From positions 91,266,001 to 91,330,000 of the forward strand of contig CM052816.1 in assembly GCA_028534125.1 (NCBI GenBank): DNA of 64,000 bases, given 5' to 3'. The first letter of the stretch is position 1. The number at the start of each line of letters is the position of its first letter. A model generated the notes under the pieces. That model searched no databases. It was not told where the DNA came from and saw nothing but the letters and a program-made list of their open reading frames with translations. Below, piece after piece: positions 50,100 to 62,385 of this stretch. Source of the stretch: Lama glama. Lineage: Eukaryota. The translations under genes were made by a program, and so were the position numbers.

Positions 50100-51340
50100 T
50101 TTTAGGGTGACTACATTCTCAAAACTCAGAGCAGTAGGTGATAAAATCTCCCCAGTTCTAAGGACAAATACTAGAAACATCCCCTACAGGCCCACTCAGG
50201 AGGTGGACGTGCCACTTACACAAGCGGCGTGTATATGAAATTGGCTAGAGGCATAGAGAGCAGTGTGCTCTGAGTGTATTTGCAGGGAAGAAAATGCAGT
50301 GGTCCTTCCCTTTTCTTTCTCCATGGGTAGGAGGGAATTCGTTCTGATCCTTCCTTTAAGTCATGCGCAAAGAGGCAGCAACTGAACACTTTTTATTTTT
50401 AAAGGGGGAAGGAGGTATTCGAAAGAAGAGAAAACTGGAATCCTATTGCCTGTCTCAGAGTTTGCCGGCTCAGAGACCAGCCACCCTCTGCTGCCAGAGA
50501 AAAGTGAGGGGCAGTTCTTGGAGAATATGGGATTTGAGTGGCAAAGAATCTTTTGCCCAAGTTTTGGCTGGAAAATTCTGAAGATAGGAAACCAGCTGGG
50601 GAAATTGGCCACAGTAGAATGAAGGGAGGGAAAGGGCAGCCGGGCGACACTGGCAGCTCCAGGGCACGGTGGGGCGCCAGTGTGGGACAGTGTCTACTGG
50701 CCCTGTCGGGTCTGCGGAAGGCAGCACGGCCTGGGATGACCCCCACCCACAGGCTGCCTGCCAATGAAGGAGATCCCAAGGGTGTGCCTGGGGTGGGGGA
50801 GCCGGGGACGTAGGTCTGCATAACCTCTCCAAGAATGCGATGCTCACATCAGGGAATAGTGTTGTACCGAGGCTTCTGTGGTAGGCAGTGATGGAGGTGT
50901 CTCTGAAGAATGTATGGTGTGCCCTGCAGGGAAGGGCTGACACTTGGGTGTCAGCCTTGACAGAGGGCATTTGAAAGCCAGAGACAAATCAAGTAAGACA
51001 ACACAAGCCGGTAAACCAGTCATGGCAGCTTTCCCACTAATCCCTTCTCACTGTCCCCGACCAGAGGAGCCAGCTCCTGGGGAGGAGACGGAATGGAAGG
51101 GTGGTGGGCAATGAGGGGCTGAGAGCTGCCCTCTCCTGTGTGGCTACTGGGGAGCCTGTGCTGGTTTCACAGCAGAGGGTTGGCTTCACACTGCTGGAGA
51201 GAACACATCTTTTTATTTAGAAAATGAGCAGAAAGCTAAGAGCCATTCAATAGAGTACTTTTCGGAACAGAGGTAGGAGAAGAATAAAGCTCCTTTCTGA
51301 CTGTACCTCCCAAGTCGAGCCCATTCAGTTACAGGTTCAT
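50100..51340 (+). mobile_element. Probable ancient long LTR (Gypsy-like, MamGypLTR type)
   Basis: GC-richer ~1.2-kb block interrupting the L2, with AATAAA (51283) shortly before its end; family assignment weak. Confidence 0.35.
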
Positions 51341-51628
51341 AAGCCCTTGGGCAGAAACAGGTCTATTGTATTTGAAGATCTGAAAGAAGGCATCTGTGGC
51401 AGGAAAATGATGAGCAGAAATCAAGGGGAAGAATTGTGTGAAATGAGAGTGGAGAGGGGAAGTGGGCAGAGGTTCGGTCCTGGGTTCCTTGGCAGCCCTG
51501 GAGACGTATTTGAATTTTATTCTGAGGGTTTTGAAAAGTTGCTGGAGGGTTTTAGGCAGGAAAGTAAGAAGATCTTATTTTCATTTTTCAAAAAACTTCT
51601 GGCTACTCTTTGGGGAATTGGACCAGAG

Positions 51629-52319
51629 TGAAACAGCCTAGGACCCCATGGGGCCTTGCCTGGACAGACCCACCCCATGTCCTCCGCCTGCATCTTTTCT
51701 GGAGAAAAACTTTAGTCAAAGACTAAGTTTAATCAGAGAATTAAGGAAATACAGAAACAAAGGGAAACAGTCAAGCAGAACAAAATAATAGTTTAGTTAT
51801 TAAACAAAGTCAAGGATCCTTATTTCCTCCTCAAGGACTCTAGATAATATTCTGAGCCACATCTTTTGAGCTGTTTAGTAGATACTGAAACCCCCACCAG
51901 GTAGAAAAAGTTAACTACATGATGACCAGTCTGTAGCCATGACATAAGCTGCCACAATTCTCAGAACTGGCTTCAAAGAAATGGGAAAAAACTGACCCTG
52001 AGACTGAAGATTAACTGTACTTAAAACAATCAAGATGACACTGATGAGATCACTAGCATGGCTGACCTCAAGGTGACTGTCAGGACTGACTGTGCTGTTC
52101 CACATGTAGCCCCCTCCCTCTGCCTGGGCCCCACTTGAAACTCCCCTTTAAAAGCTCTTGCCTACTGATCAGCAGAGAAGAGTTGGCCTTTGGACATGAG
52201 TCTGCCCTCTCCCCTGAGTGCCAGCCTCCAGATTAAAGCAAACTTTTCTTTTTACCAACACTAGATTCTCAAGTACTGGTATCTGAGAGGCAAGCAGCCA
52301 GACCTGAGTTTCAGTAACA
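51629..52319 (+). mobile_element. ERV1-class solo LTR, apparently full length
   Basis: TG...CA termini (tgaaac...gtaaca); 4-bp flanks agag/ggag; TATA-like tttaaaa (~52148); ATTAAA (~52233); interrupts an L2. Confidence 0.85.
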
Positions 52320-52545
52320 GGAGGGAGCTGAGATGCCTACAAGAAGGCTGTCGGAGGAGTCGAGGTGAGAGATGAGAGATATTGAGGGGACTGTTACATG
52401 ACAGAGGGTTTTATCCCTCAGAGCACTTTGATACCTGGGAGAGGTAAGTGAGACATATATTTGGTTACGTTATTTGATGAATTAAAGACCAACTAGACAA
52501 GTAGACGTCTGGTGTTATTTTTCAGGGCTTCGGACTGAATATTTA

Positions 52546-52712
52546 AGCAGCTCTCAGACTCCATTGAGCATATGAATCACTGGGGAAGTGTTAATATGCA
52601 AATTCCTGGGTGTCATTTTAGCTCTTCTGATTCAGCAAGGATGGCGTGGGGCCCCAGAACCTGCATGGGTAAGAGTACCTGGTTCTCATGCAGGTGGCTC
52701 AGGGATCTTGAA
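52546..52712. mobile_element. MER5-like MITE
   Basis: gaatcactggggaag...atgcaaattcctggg...ttctgattcagcaagg...ggggccccagaacctgcat. Confidence 0.75.
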
Positions 52713-55700
52713 AAATCTAGAATCCTTTCCCTGAAAGTGTCTCCAGTTCCCTGTAATTTTGGCTTCCTCAAATGTCCAGTTAACTCTACACTCTGAATGT
52801 CAACACTTATTAAACATTTTATTTCACTGTGTTCTATTTTTTCACCTCTATTTTTTTCACCCCTGAAGCTTTAAACACTTTGAGGACTAGCTTTTTTCCT
52901 TCCTCTTTCTTTTGTCTCTTTAATTTCCCTCCTCATAGAACAGAATTCCAGGTGCATAAGTACTTTTTAACTGTTTTTAAAGCAATACAGTGCTCATAAT
53001 GTAGAAACATTTAAAGGACAATGTATCAATTACAAGCAGAACAATTTAGAGTCAGAAGTGGCTTAGTGATATAAATAAAGGACCCATTTTCTTTAGGAAG
53101 TAACAGAGACACAGTCACCAACCTTTCCCTCCCATAACCCAAGACATTTTAGGAGAATAGCCTTCTAATTCACAGGCAATAAATGGCAACTGAAAATACA
53201 CAAATGCTTTTATCAGGCATTTTAATCTAAAAAGTGAAAAACACCCCCAAGGTAGCAGACGTTTAATGCTGTGCTGTCGAATCTAATTGTAGGACAGCTT
53301 GCTTTTCTACTTACAACAAAATGGAATTTGCTCCAGATATCCGGATAACCTTGACGGAGCAGAAAATGTATGATTCAATCATATGAGGCATAATAACACG
53401 TATTGGTACAGACTGAAGTTCGTAAATGTTCCAAACTGTCCCAGACAAGATGATCCAGAGGCAGATGTTGGGAGAGCTTACCTCCTTAATGCTGATGAGA
53501 GCGTGAAATCATGCCGGTCATTGATGGAGACAGAAGCAAAGCCGAGGTGCTACGAGAAGACTCTTCTCTTCTTCCAAGTAAACAGCTTTTTGTTTTGTTT
53601 TTCCACAAAAGGAAGCCTAAATGATACTTGAAGAACAAAATATTTTTTAACAAAATCTATATAGGAAAAATCAAGAATTAGTTTTATCTAGCCGAAACAC
53701 TTGTAAAAAAAGAAACATGCACCTCAGAAAAATACCACGTGTAAGGGAAAAATACATTTTCATTCTCTTTATGATTGCTTTCCTCAGCCCAAAGAAACTG
53801 CTAGTTAATGCAGACAAGTTCTCAGAGAAATCTTATTTACCCCAGACTGAAGCCAGGTTGACATAAAACAACTAACCAAAATATGGTGCTCGCCACACCT
53901 GGCGAGCAGGTGGGGTACTTTATCAAACCACCTGAGGGATCCAATCTTTTGTTCCACATCACTGTGCCTCAAACAGGGAGACATGTGACCTGCATGTCCC
54001 AAGCTGAGAAGAATTCAATATGCCTTGTGTAATGGCTTATTTGATTGTTACACATAGCGTACAAGTAAAAAGCAAATTAACGTTCTGTCATTTCTGTTTC
54101 AGTAAGCTGGGAGAACATTCATCTCAAACAGAACAAAGACAAGCCACCTCTCAGTTGTAGGCCAAAAACTGGTTGGTTAATGGATGGTTAATGGATACAC
54201 ATCTGGAATATATTAGCAAGTTTTGTGTTGGAAAAAATATTTCCCTAAACAATAGCGTTGTTAATGTGACTGAATTCCAAAGTAGAATATGATATTTTTT
54301 TAATGTTTATATTTACAGAAAAGGAGAGTACCACTTCCATTTCTTGAGGAAAAATTTCTTTCAGGCAAAAATAAATGTCTGAAAAATGTATGGTAAATGT
54401 GAAAATATGTTGTCTCAGGGGTCATGTGAAGATACTGTGTTAAGGGAAGAAGGGCGACATTTGACGAACTAATCAAGTGAACCCCCCTCCGCAAGCTTCT
54501 TAATAATTATTTATTAAATTTAATTTGGTGCCTCAGTGGAAATAGCCTAAAAGCCTATTTCAATGGCATTAAAATCCAAGATGACACAGAAAAGTTTGAG
54601 ATGATGGATCTATTACCTTAAAGTAATATCTCTGCCAGAATCTGCTGGATCATTTTTACCAACTCTTCAAAAAATGTACAATTTGGAAAAAGAAATTGAC
54701 ATGTCTGGGCTAGTATGTGAAAGTATCATGTCATTCATTTCTTTTCCCGGAATAAAATCTTTGGTACTAGAACGGTTCTTGTTTTAGTGTTATCAGATTG
54801 ATCAGACCATTGGAGCACAAGTTTGCAAGGGAAAAAGGAATTTGCTCTGGTTAATTAATACAGTAGGATCTGGATAACAAGGGGGTAGGTCAGACTCTAA
54901 CCTCAGAAAAGGCCCTTTATGGGAACACACTTCATTATCTTCGTGTCTCTGGGAAGCAGTGAAGTTTGCAAACTTCAACAAGGAGGAAGCTCTTTAACCT
55001 GGTCATTTACATAATTTTCCTGAGCGAGTGGGGTCATCACAGTTTGTCCGTCTCTGTTTCCCTTAGTTCACATTGCAATTCCCTTCAAATATTTACCTTT
55101 TTAATAATAATGTCTCCCTTTGCCCTTCAGCTTAAAAAAAAATCAGAGAAAAGACCTGACACAGGTAATAAAAAACAGCCACACAACGACTGGGACTTTT
55201 AAAAATGGCACAACCAAAATACGCTCTTTCTTTGATAGCCCGTAGTTTGAAAGGACATGCGGTACCTGGTGAGCGGATGGAAATTTTCGTCATCTAAAAA
55301 AGTTCAAGGACTTATCTGGCCAGGGAAACCAATGGATAGAAAGGAGAAACAACTGTTTAATTTTGTTTGTTTTTGTAGCTAAATAAAGTGATTGTCCTAG
55401 ATATGCTCAAATTTACCATCTGGCTCTCATTCCATGTTCTCTTAGTTTAAAAAAAAAGCACGAGATCCAGGACTGCTATTAGGGCCATTCTGATTAAGAA
55501 GATACGGGAGGACAGATGGTAGAATTAGGCGCCGGAGAAAGTGACGGGGGACAGTGAACTACTTAAAATGAATACTGTGCTGGCGTAGTGGCTGTCGAAT
55601 TGTTGGGTGGAAACTCTAAGTTGAATGTGATGTCTAGAAAAATTCCCGTGCGAAAATCATCACTAAAAGGGTAAAAATGTGTGACAAAATATATGTACAT

Positions 55701-55744
55701 TAATGTAAAGGAACTTAATGATGTGTAGGTCATTATTAATATTG

Positions 55745-55990
55745 TCACTTATTGTGCTTAGCACTTACTGAGCACTTGTGTATTGGGGATTGTACTAATT
55801 TCTTACACGCACTATCTCTTTCACTCTTCAAACAACCCTAAGAATCAAGTATTCTTACTGTTTCATTTTTTCAGACTGAGAAACTGAGGCTTTGAGAGAT
55901 TCTCAGCTCTCAAGGCGAAATACACAGGAGGCTGAATGAGAGACTCAGAAACAGTCTGGTTTTGAAATTCTTACTTACGAAGCACACCAC
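55745..55990 (-). mobile_element. MIR
   Basis: gcacttactgagcactt...tcttcaaacaaccctaag...cagactgagaaactgaggct. Confidence 0.8.
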
Positions 55991-56049
55991 TTTCTGTAAC
56001 GTTGAATAATTTGGAATGCAGCCACTTGCTATTTATCTGCTTTCATCCG

Positions 56050-56560
56050 CCATTCAACTTGCTTTTTCAACGTCAGTCCTCTCCTTCCACTTTTCCTTTG
56101 ATATATGTATTCAGCGTGTCTGTGATTGAGAGAAGCTTCTGAGTGGTAACACATCCAATACAGTATCAAGTTCTAGATGCCATCTACCAGTCCTCTCCAT
56201 TTTGCTTCCTTTCGCTGCCTCCTTATTTGCTGTACAAAACTGCATCGATCATTTCCCAGCCCATCTGAGTTCGCACGTGCATGATTAACTTCGCCATTAC
56301 CCTCGGGTCTTTTAGGACATTAGTATTTGACTGACTTCACTCATCCATTGACAGTTCATGTTTTGGATTCTTTTTCAGTTCTCAGATATATTCAGTAGTA
56401 ACTTACCAAGTTGAATTTCAGTTACTCTGTGGTTTTCTCCTCAATTTATTCCTCTGCCATTGCGACAACTCCCAATTTAGAATCAGATTTCATTACAGTG
56501 ACGATTTCACATTCTTCCAGGTTGTCAATAAAGATGTTAAACCGGATCAGACCTTCAAAG
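56050..56560 (-). mobile_element. CR1/L3 LINE reverse-transcriptase fossil
   Basis: ORF 56446-56679 contains GLIRFNIFIDNLEE...MKSDSKLGVVA, matching CR1 RT LGPVLFNIFINDLDE...KFADDTKLGGVA. Confidence 0.7.
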
Positions 56561-57278
56561 TGACCCGTTGGTTTCTGTTTGTATGCTCTTCCAGGGAGCC
56601 CATCCAAGAAGAGCTTAGAGTAAATATAAACTGTGAAATCAGACTGCAAGAAGCTTCTAAACTTGTTACCAAGGGTCAAAATGATTCCCCATGTAGTAAT
56701 TAAATGGAAAATGGCTTGGACTAGAGCATGAAGGAAGACGTAGAAAACTTAAGGAAGAAGATGAAATAATTTTAGTTCTTCTTGCTAGAGATGACATAGA
56801 AACAATGCCTATAGTGTCTAGAATATGGTTACTAGTTTTTTTTTTTTTAAAATATGTTTTCCCCAATATCAAGAAATAGTTAATATCCTATTACTTCATA
56901 GCACAGATTTCGTTCTCCCCTCTTTGCACTCGGGACGCCAGAAGGTGACGTTATTTCCATTTACTGTAGAGGAAAGGAGAAGCACATAGCGACTCAACAA
57001 AACCACTCGCTCTTTGGCTTCAGACCCAGGTCCACTAATGTCCACTAGACCTTGGCAAGTGTCTGAAATTTAGCAATGCAACTAATGACTTGTACATAGT
57101 AAGCATGCCATCAATATTTGTTTAATGAAAGTTCTTTATCGTCAAATCAGAAACTCTGTCAGGAAGATTTAAGAGACGTGTGTCTCCAGGACAGACCATA
57201 CCTTGATCTTCCCTCACCTCGCCTTGATGTCTGTGGGGTATTTGGCTCCTATTTATTGTTCCTGAAGTGAAGACTTGC

Positions 57279-57660
57279 TGTCCTGGTTTCCTAGGGCTAC
57301 ACAACGCTACAGATTGGGGCATTTAAACAGCACATATTTATTTTCTCACAGTTCTAGAGGCTCGAAGTTCCAGATCAAAGTGCGGTCAGGGTTGGTATCT
57401 GGGGTGAACTCTCCTCCTGATTTGTAGGTGGCCACCTTCTCCCTGTGGCCTCACATGGCCTTTCCTCTGTATGAGTGTGGAGAGAGACTGCTGCAGTTTC
57501 TTCCTCTTCTTTTAAGGGCATCAATTCTAGTGGATAAGGCCCCATCCTTATGACCTCATTCAACCTTAATTACCTCCATAAAGACCCAATCTCCAAACAG
57601 TCACATGGGGAGGTAAGGCCTTAACATATGAATTTGGGGGACACAATTTAAGCCATAACA
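57279..57660 (-). mobile_element. MaLR solo LTR (MLT1A-like), complete
   Basis: TG...CA ends with a perfect 5-bp TSD cttgc (57274-57278, 57661-57665); typical MLT1A text. Confidence 0.93.
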
Positions 57661-57856
57661 CTTGCCAATGCTGCCTGTCACCTACAAAGTTGAGATATAA
57701 TCTGCTATTAGTGTGTTCCATTTCTCCTCTACTCACCTCTTGCTAATGCTCCGATCACCACATGAGCCTAATGAGCCTGGGGTGAGCCTTTGCTACATGA
57801 CTCTGTTTCCCTAAGAGAGCAGTCCCTTGAGGAGAACTGTGCAGACCCCTGGCTGC

Positions 57857-58100
57857 TGTACTGGATTGTGTAGTGTCTCCTAAAATTCTTGTCCACGCAG
57901 AGGAAATAGGGTTCTTGCAGGTGTAATCAAGTTAAGATGAGGTTGTACTGGATTAGGGTGACACCTAAATCCCATGACTGGTGTTGTCAGAAAGAGAAGG
58001 GGACACAGACACACAGAGTGAAGACAGGCTTGTGAAGACAGAGGCAGAAAGCAGAGTGATGCAGCTACACGCCAAGGAAGGTCAAGGCTCGCTAGCTGCC
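57857..58100 (+). mobile_element. MaLR LTR 5' part (MLT1C/D-like)
   Basis: ggaaatagggttcttgcaggtgtaatcaagttaagatgagg...tgtgaagacagaggcaga...gccaaggaa. Confidence 0.8.
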
Positions 58101-58199
58101 CACTGCAGAAACGTCATGAATTGTTTCTTTCCTTCCACGTGTCCCTATCCAGTTCATAAGCAACTCTCCTTGAGGGTCCTTCTAAGACGTGTCCTGACC

Positions 58200-58830
58200 C
58201 CTTCGACTGGTTCTATTCCTGTTAACCTCATCTAAGCCATTGTCAGCTTTCATTTAAGCGATCATGATTGTTTCTTAATTTATTTCTCTGCTTTCACTCT
58301 TGATACGTTGAGATCCAGCCTGTGCACAGCAGCCAGTGTGATTTTTAACAGCTTAAATCTGATCTCATCACTGCCTTTGTAGAGCCCTACAAAGGCTTTC
58401 CAGAGTAATCAGGGCAAAATCCAATCTCTCTTCCCATCACAATGCCCACTTTTTATGATGAGCCTCGGTTCACATTTCCACTTTCACCTCACACCCACCC
58501 CGCTCACCCCCACATTCCAGCCACATCTGCCCCTGCCACGCTAGACACCCACTCCCACTGCTTGGAATGTTCTTCCTCCCAGATCTTCGCTTGCTTGCTT
58601 CCTATTGCCAAGCATATTGGCTTAATGCACATATTACCTTCTTGGAGGAACCTCTAGAGCATCTGGTCACCATCTGACATTTTTCTTGTGTATTTGTTTG
58701 CCTGTTTTCCTCCCTTTATCTGTAATGTAAGATCCTCTAGAGGAGGCAATGCTTCTGCTCATACAGTGTGAACGTGACGGCGTGACACAGAGTAGCTGCT
58801 AGGTAAATGTTTGTTGAATGAGTGAATAAA
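58200..58830 (+). mobile_element. L2 3' end
   Basis: cacagcagccagtgtgattttt...aatgtaagatcctctagagg...taaatgtttgttgaatgagtgaataaat. Confidence 0.8.
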
Positions 58831-60859
58831 TGTAGGGTGGAAGAAATTGTCATGATTGTATTTGTGGAGGTTTCCAAGGATCACCAAATTGCAGAGATCT
58901 GTCTTTTCTTTTGTTGAGAAGATCTTTTATAGCCAGCCCTCAGCTTTGCCAATGGCCATGAAATTATCCAGTTTTGCAACATGCATATTCTTTTATCATC
59001 TTGAGCATTTCACATATTTATCCCCAATAAGTTATCAGCATTGTCAAGTTATATATTTTTGCTTGCCTCAAGAGTTAAAAGATAATTAAAAATATATGAA
59101 ATACACCAGTGATCATATGTAATTGGCTCCACGAGATTGGGCAAAAACACTTTCATTGACTGCTCAGTGATGCCCGAAATTCCTTTACCTAAGCAAAGCT
59201 TTGCATTCTAAATCAGAGATAAAGTTTAAAGATAACAGAGCTAGGAGGAGGCTTGGTGGGCAAGCATTTATTTGGCACCTGAAATGGGGTTGGGGGAAAT
59301 TACCTTTAAGGGCAAAAGTTGAAGAAGATCACTTTCTGCCTCTGGCTCCCTTTGCAATTTTTATTCTTGTGTGGAAGTGAAAACGTGGATCGTGAGAGCT
59401 ATATAATTCTGAATTGTTGGCAAATAAACACGTAATACTCTGTTACGTGAAGTAACTGCCTGTGAAATGAATCCCTTCCTTCCTTTGTTTTTGGCAAATT
59501 TCATTTTTCCTTTGTACATATACAGTCTTTTCATCATTCTCTCCAGATCTTGACATTCCCCATCACCTGATACATTTTTTAGGCTGCTTCTTATATGTGA
59601 AAAGCATATTTCTCTTAGGCGTTTCTCAGCAGACTCCCTCTCTTACAAATTTGCTTTCAGAATTATGTTTCACCTAATCTTTTGAATCTAATCCCCTAGT
59701 AAAATTCTCCCCCTTGGTGGAGAAGACTGGCGAGATGACTCAAGGAAGAAGAGAAATGAGATGGAAAGTCAGTAATATCTCATCCATGAAGCCCGCTTTC
59801 CTTCTGGCTCATATTTCTGACTTGCTTAGTTGGTCTATTTCCTGTTTTGTCCTTCAACTGCAGTCCCAGTGGACAAAGGCTGTCCCTTCTTTTATGTTCT
59901 CAAAAGCACCCTGTAAATAACAAGGACACCTGTTTGGTGGCTGTTTTCTAAAGCTAGCCGAATTGCTTACCTTATGCATATTTTTTCGCAATGATAAATA
60001 TCCACTCTGTCCTGATTCAACATCTATCTTCAGTGAGGGACACCGAGTTGATGGTAATTCAAGTGTTCAGAGCACAGAGCACAGAGCTCAAGATATGGAT
60101 CTAAATGTAGGAGTTGTGCATCCTTCCTCTGCGCTTGAAATTGAAATTCAGCCCATACTTTATCTGAGAACCTCTATTTTATGGTAAGTAAAGGAAAGAA
60201 GGCAAGGTGAGAGTTGTATTGGGACTCAAAAATAAAAATAGATGTTAATAAAATTGAACAAGATAAGGGATATAGATTCACTTTGTAAAATATATTCCTA
60301 CACAAGTATGAAGAAATAATGGCTTATACTGACACTTGATTTTTTCACCTTCAGACTAGATGATTCTTTTAGTCTTTCAGAGAAAAGTTCTTAAAATTGC
60401 CTAGCATCCAAGAGAGGAGGGAGGGCAGTAAAAGGCAGCAAAACTAAGCAAACTTAGTTTTCTCCCTCTATGTGGCTGGGGTTTGTTGTGTTTGCTAAAG
60501 GAAATGAGTGGAGAATTTACTCACTTATTTTTATAATATGCTCAGAATGTTATTTTATTATCTTTATTTCCTCAAGTTATGAATAAGCCAGTCAAGATTA
60601 TGTACGTCCAGTGTACATCCTGTTCTCAGAAAGTATTTACTCCTTAAACAAGTCATTAGTAATCAATGCTATTAATTAAATTGTCTGATTTATATTATCA
60701 AAAGTTACTGAATGTTTGAATCGTTTAAAATCTTTGTTGCCTTTACCTTGTTTAAACCTTAACAACATCTTTGAGAAGAAAGAGAAGCAGAATGTTACAC
60801 ACACTTTAGGGAAATTTACAACTAGAAGAGCCAGGGAAACTTACAACTAGAATTTCAAT

Positions 60860-61069
60860 CAGTGGTGCGCTGTTAAATGTTTAAACACTGTCTCTTGTTG
60901 GGAGAAGGGAGGGAACCCCAAATCCCTGAATTGTAACATTTATCAGTTCTTGTGGTCTAATCACTCCCTCCATGGCCGTCCCAAGCTATCAATGTGAAGT
61001 AACTGAACATGAGGGTGGGAAGAGATGGACATATTTGGTTCTTACAACAGCAGCTCAATAACCCCACTC
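60860..61069. mobile_element. MER63-like hAT MITE
   Basis: cagtggtgcgctgttaaatgttt...ccatggcc...aagagatg...cagctcaataaccccact (degenerate terminal inverted repeats). Confidence 0.75.
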
Positions 61070-61595
61070 TTTCATGGCAACTGACAGCAGCACTTTTGAG
61101 AGTGCATTTCACTCTTTTAGGTTATTTTGAGTGAAATTACAGTGATCAAGAACTAGTCTAAGCAAAAAAAAAAAAAAAAAGGAAGAACTCATAGAACATA
61201 TGTGGTGTATGGTAGTATCTCATGGAACACAAAAAAAGAGCTGACCCACTGGACTTTTCCCTGTATGAGGACCATGGTAGCTCTGGGGTCCTCTGTAATG
61301 CAATGTCAGGGCCTTTCCTCTGGAGTGCTGCCATTTATTTGCCTTGGTTACTGATAACTCCTGATTCTCTCATCTGTGATCAAAGTCCAGACTCCAAGGT
61401 CAGATCATCTGACTGGTCCAGCTTGAGTTCATTTCCAGAGCCAGGGGAACCCAAGGCATGGATGCTGCTTGTGGGGCTTCACCATCATGACAGGTGCAGT
61501 TTCTGGAGAAGCAGGAATCACTGTGTCCTTGAAACACCTGTTCGGTTAGGAATTAGGTATCTGATACATGCTATTGCTGGGTTGGGAAAAGGGCA

Positions 61596-61838
61596 ATGTT
61601 GGTGGGAATGTAAATTGGTGCAGCCACTATGGAGAACAGTATGGAGGTTCCTTAAAAAAACTAAAACCAGACTTACCATATGATCCAGCAATCCCACTTC
61701 TGGGCATATATCTGGAGAAAATTCTATTTCAAAAAGATACATGCACTTCTATGTTCATAGCAGCACTATTTACAATACCCAAGACATGGAAGCAGCCTAA
61801 ATGTCCATCAACAGATGACTGGATAAAGAAGCTGTGGT

Positions 61839-61895
<57 letters not shown>

Positions 61896-62385
61896 AATAC
61901 TACTCAGCCATGAAAAAGAATGAAATAATGCCATTGGTAGCAACATGGATGGACCTAGTGATTATCATATTAAGTGAAGTAAGTCAGACAGAGAAAGGCA
62001 AATATCATATGATATCACTTATTTATGGAATCTAACAAAATGGTACAACTGAACTTATTTACAAACCAGAAATAGACTCACACACATAGAAAACAAACTA
62101 TGGTTACCAAAGAAGAAAGGGGAGAGGGGATAATGAGGAAAATTGGGAATTTGGGATTAACATATATGTACTATTATATATAAAATAGATAAGCAACAAG
62201 GACCTACTGTGTAGCATAAGGAACTGTATTAAATATCTTGTAATAACATATCATGGAAAAATATTAATAAGAATATATATATATGTGAGTGTGTGTATGT
62301 ATTTGGATAAATGAATCACTTTGCTGAGCACCTGAAACTAATACAACATTATGAATCAACTATACCTGAATAAAAAATAATTTTT
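61596..62385 (+). mobile_element. 5'-truncated L1 (ORF2 C-terminus plus 3' UTR)
   Basis: ORF 61568-62035 LPYDPAIPLLGIY...[27 protein letters not shown]...MISLIYGI. Confidence 0.95.
61841..61890. repeat. Perfect (AC)25 microsatellite inside the L1
   Basis: Directly visible. Confidence 0.97.

Noticed and set aside
50399..50970. Overlapping 140-166 aa ORFs in a GC-richer patch; possible CpG island or gene
   Set aside because: No recognisable domain, ORFs on both strands as expected from GC content, modest CpG density, and the patch probably lies within an old LTR.
53383..53631. 82-aa ORF in unique sequence with raised CpG content
   Set aside because: No recognisable homology and no convincing plus-strand splice or start context; kept only as part of a candidate non-coding block.
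60030..60190. Plus-strand donor ATG|GTAAGT at ~60184 ending a 74-aa ORF
   Set aside because: Weak acceptor, unrecognised peptide and an isolated signal.
61222..62035. Two long overlapping ORFs (153 aa and 155 aa)
   Set aside because: Their recognisable parts are the L1 ORF2 C-terminus; the poly-(TH) run is the (AC)n repeat. They are not host genes.
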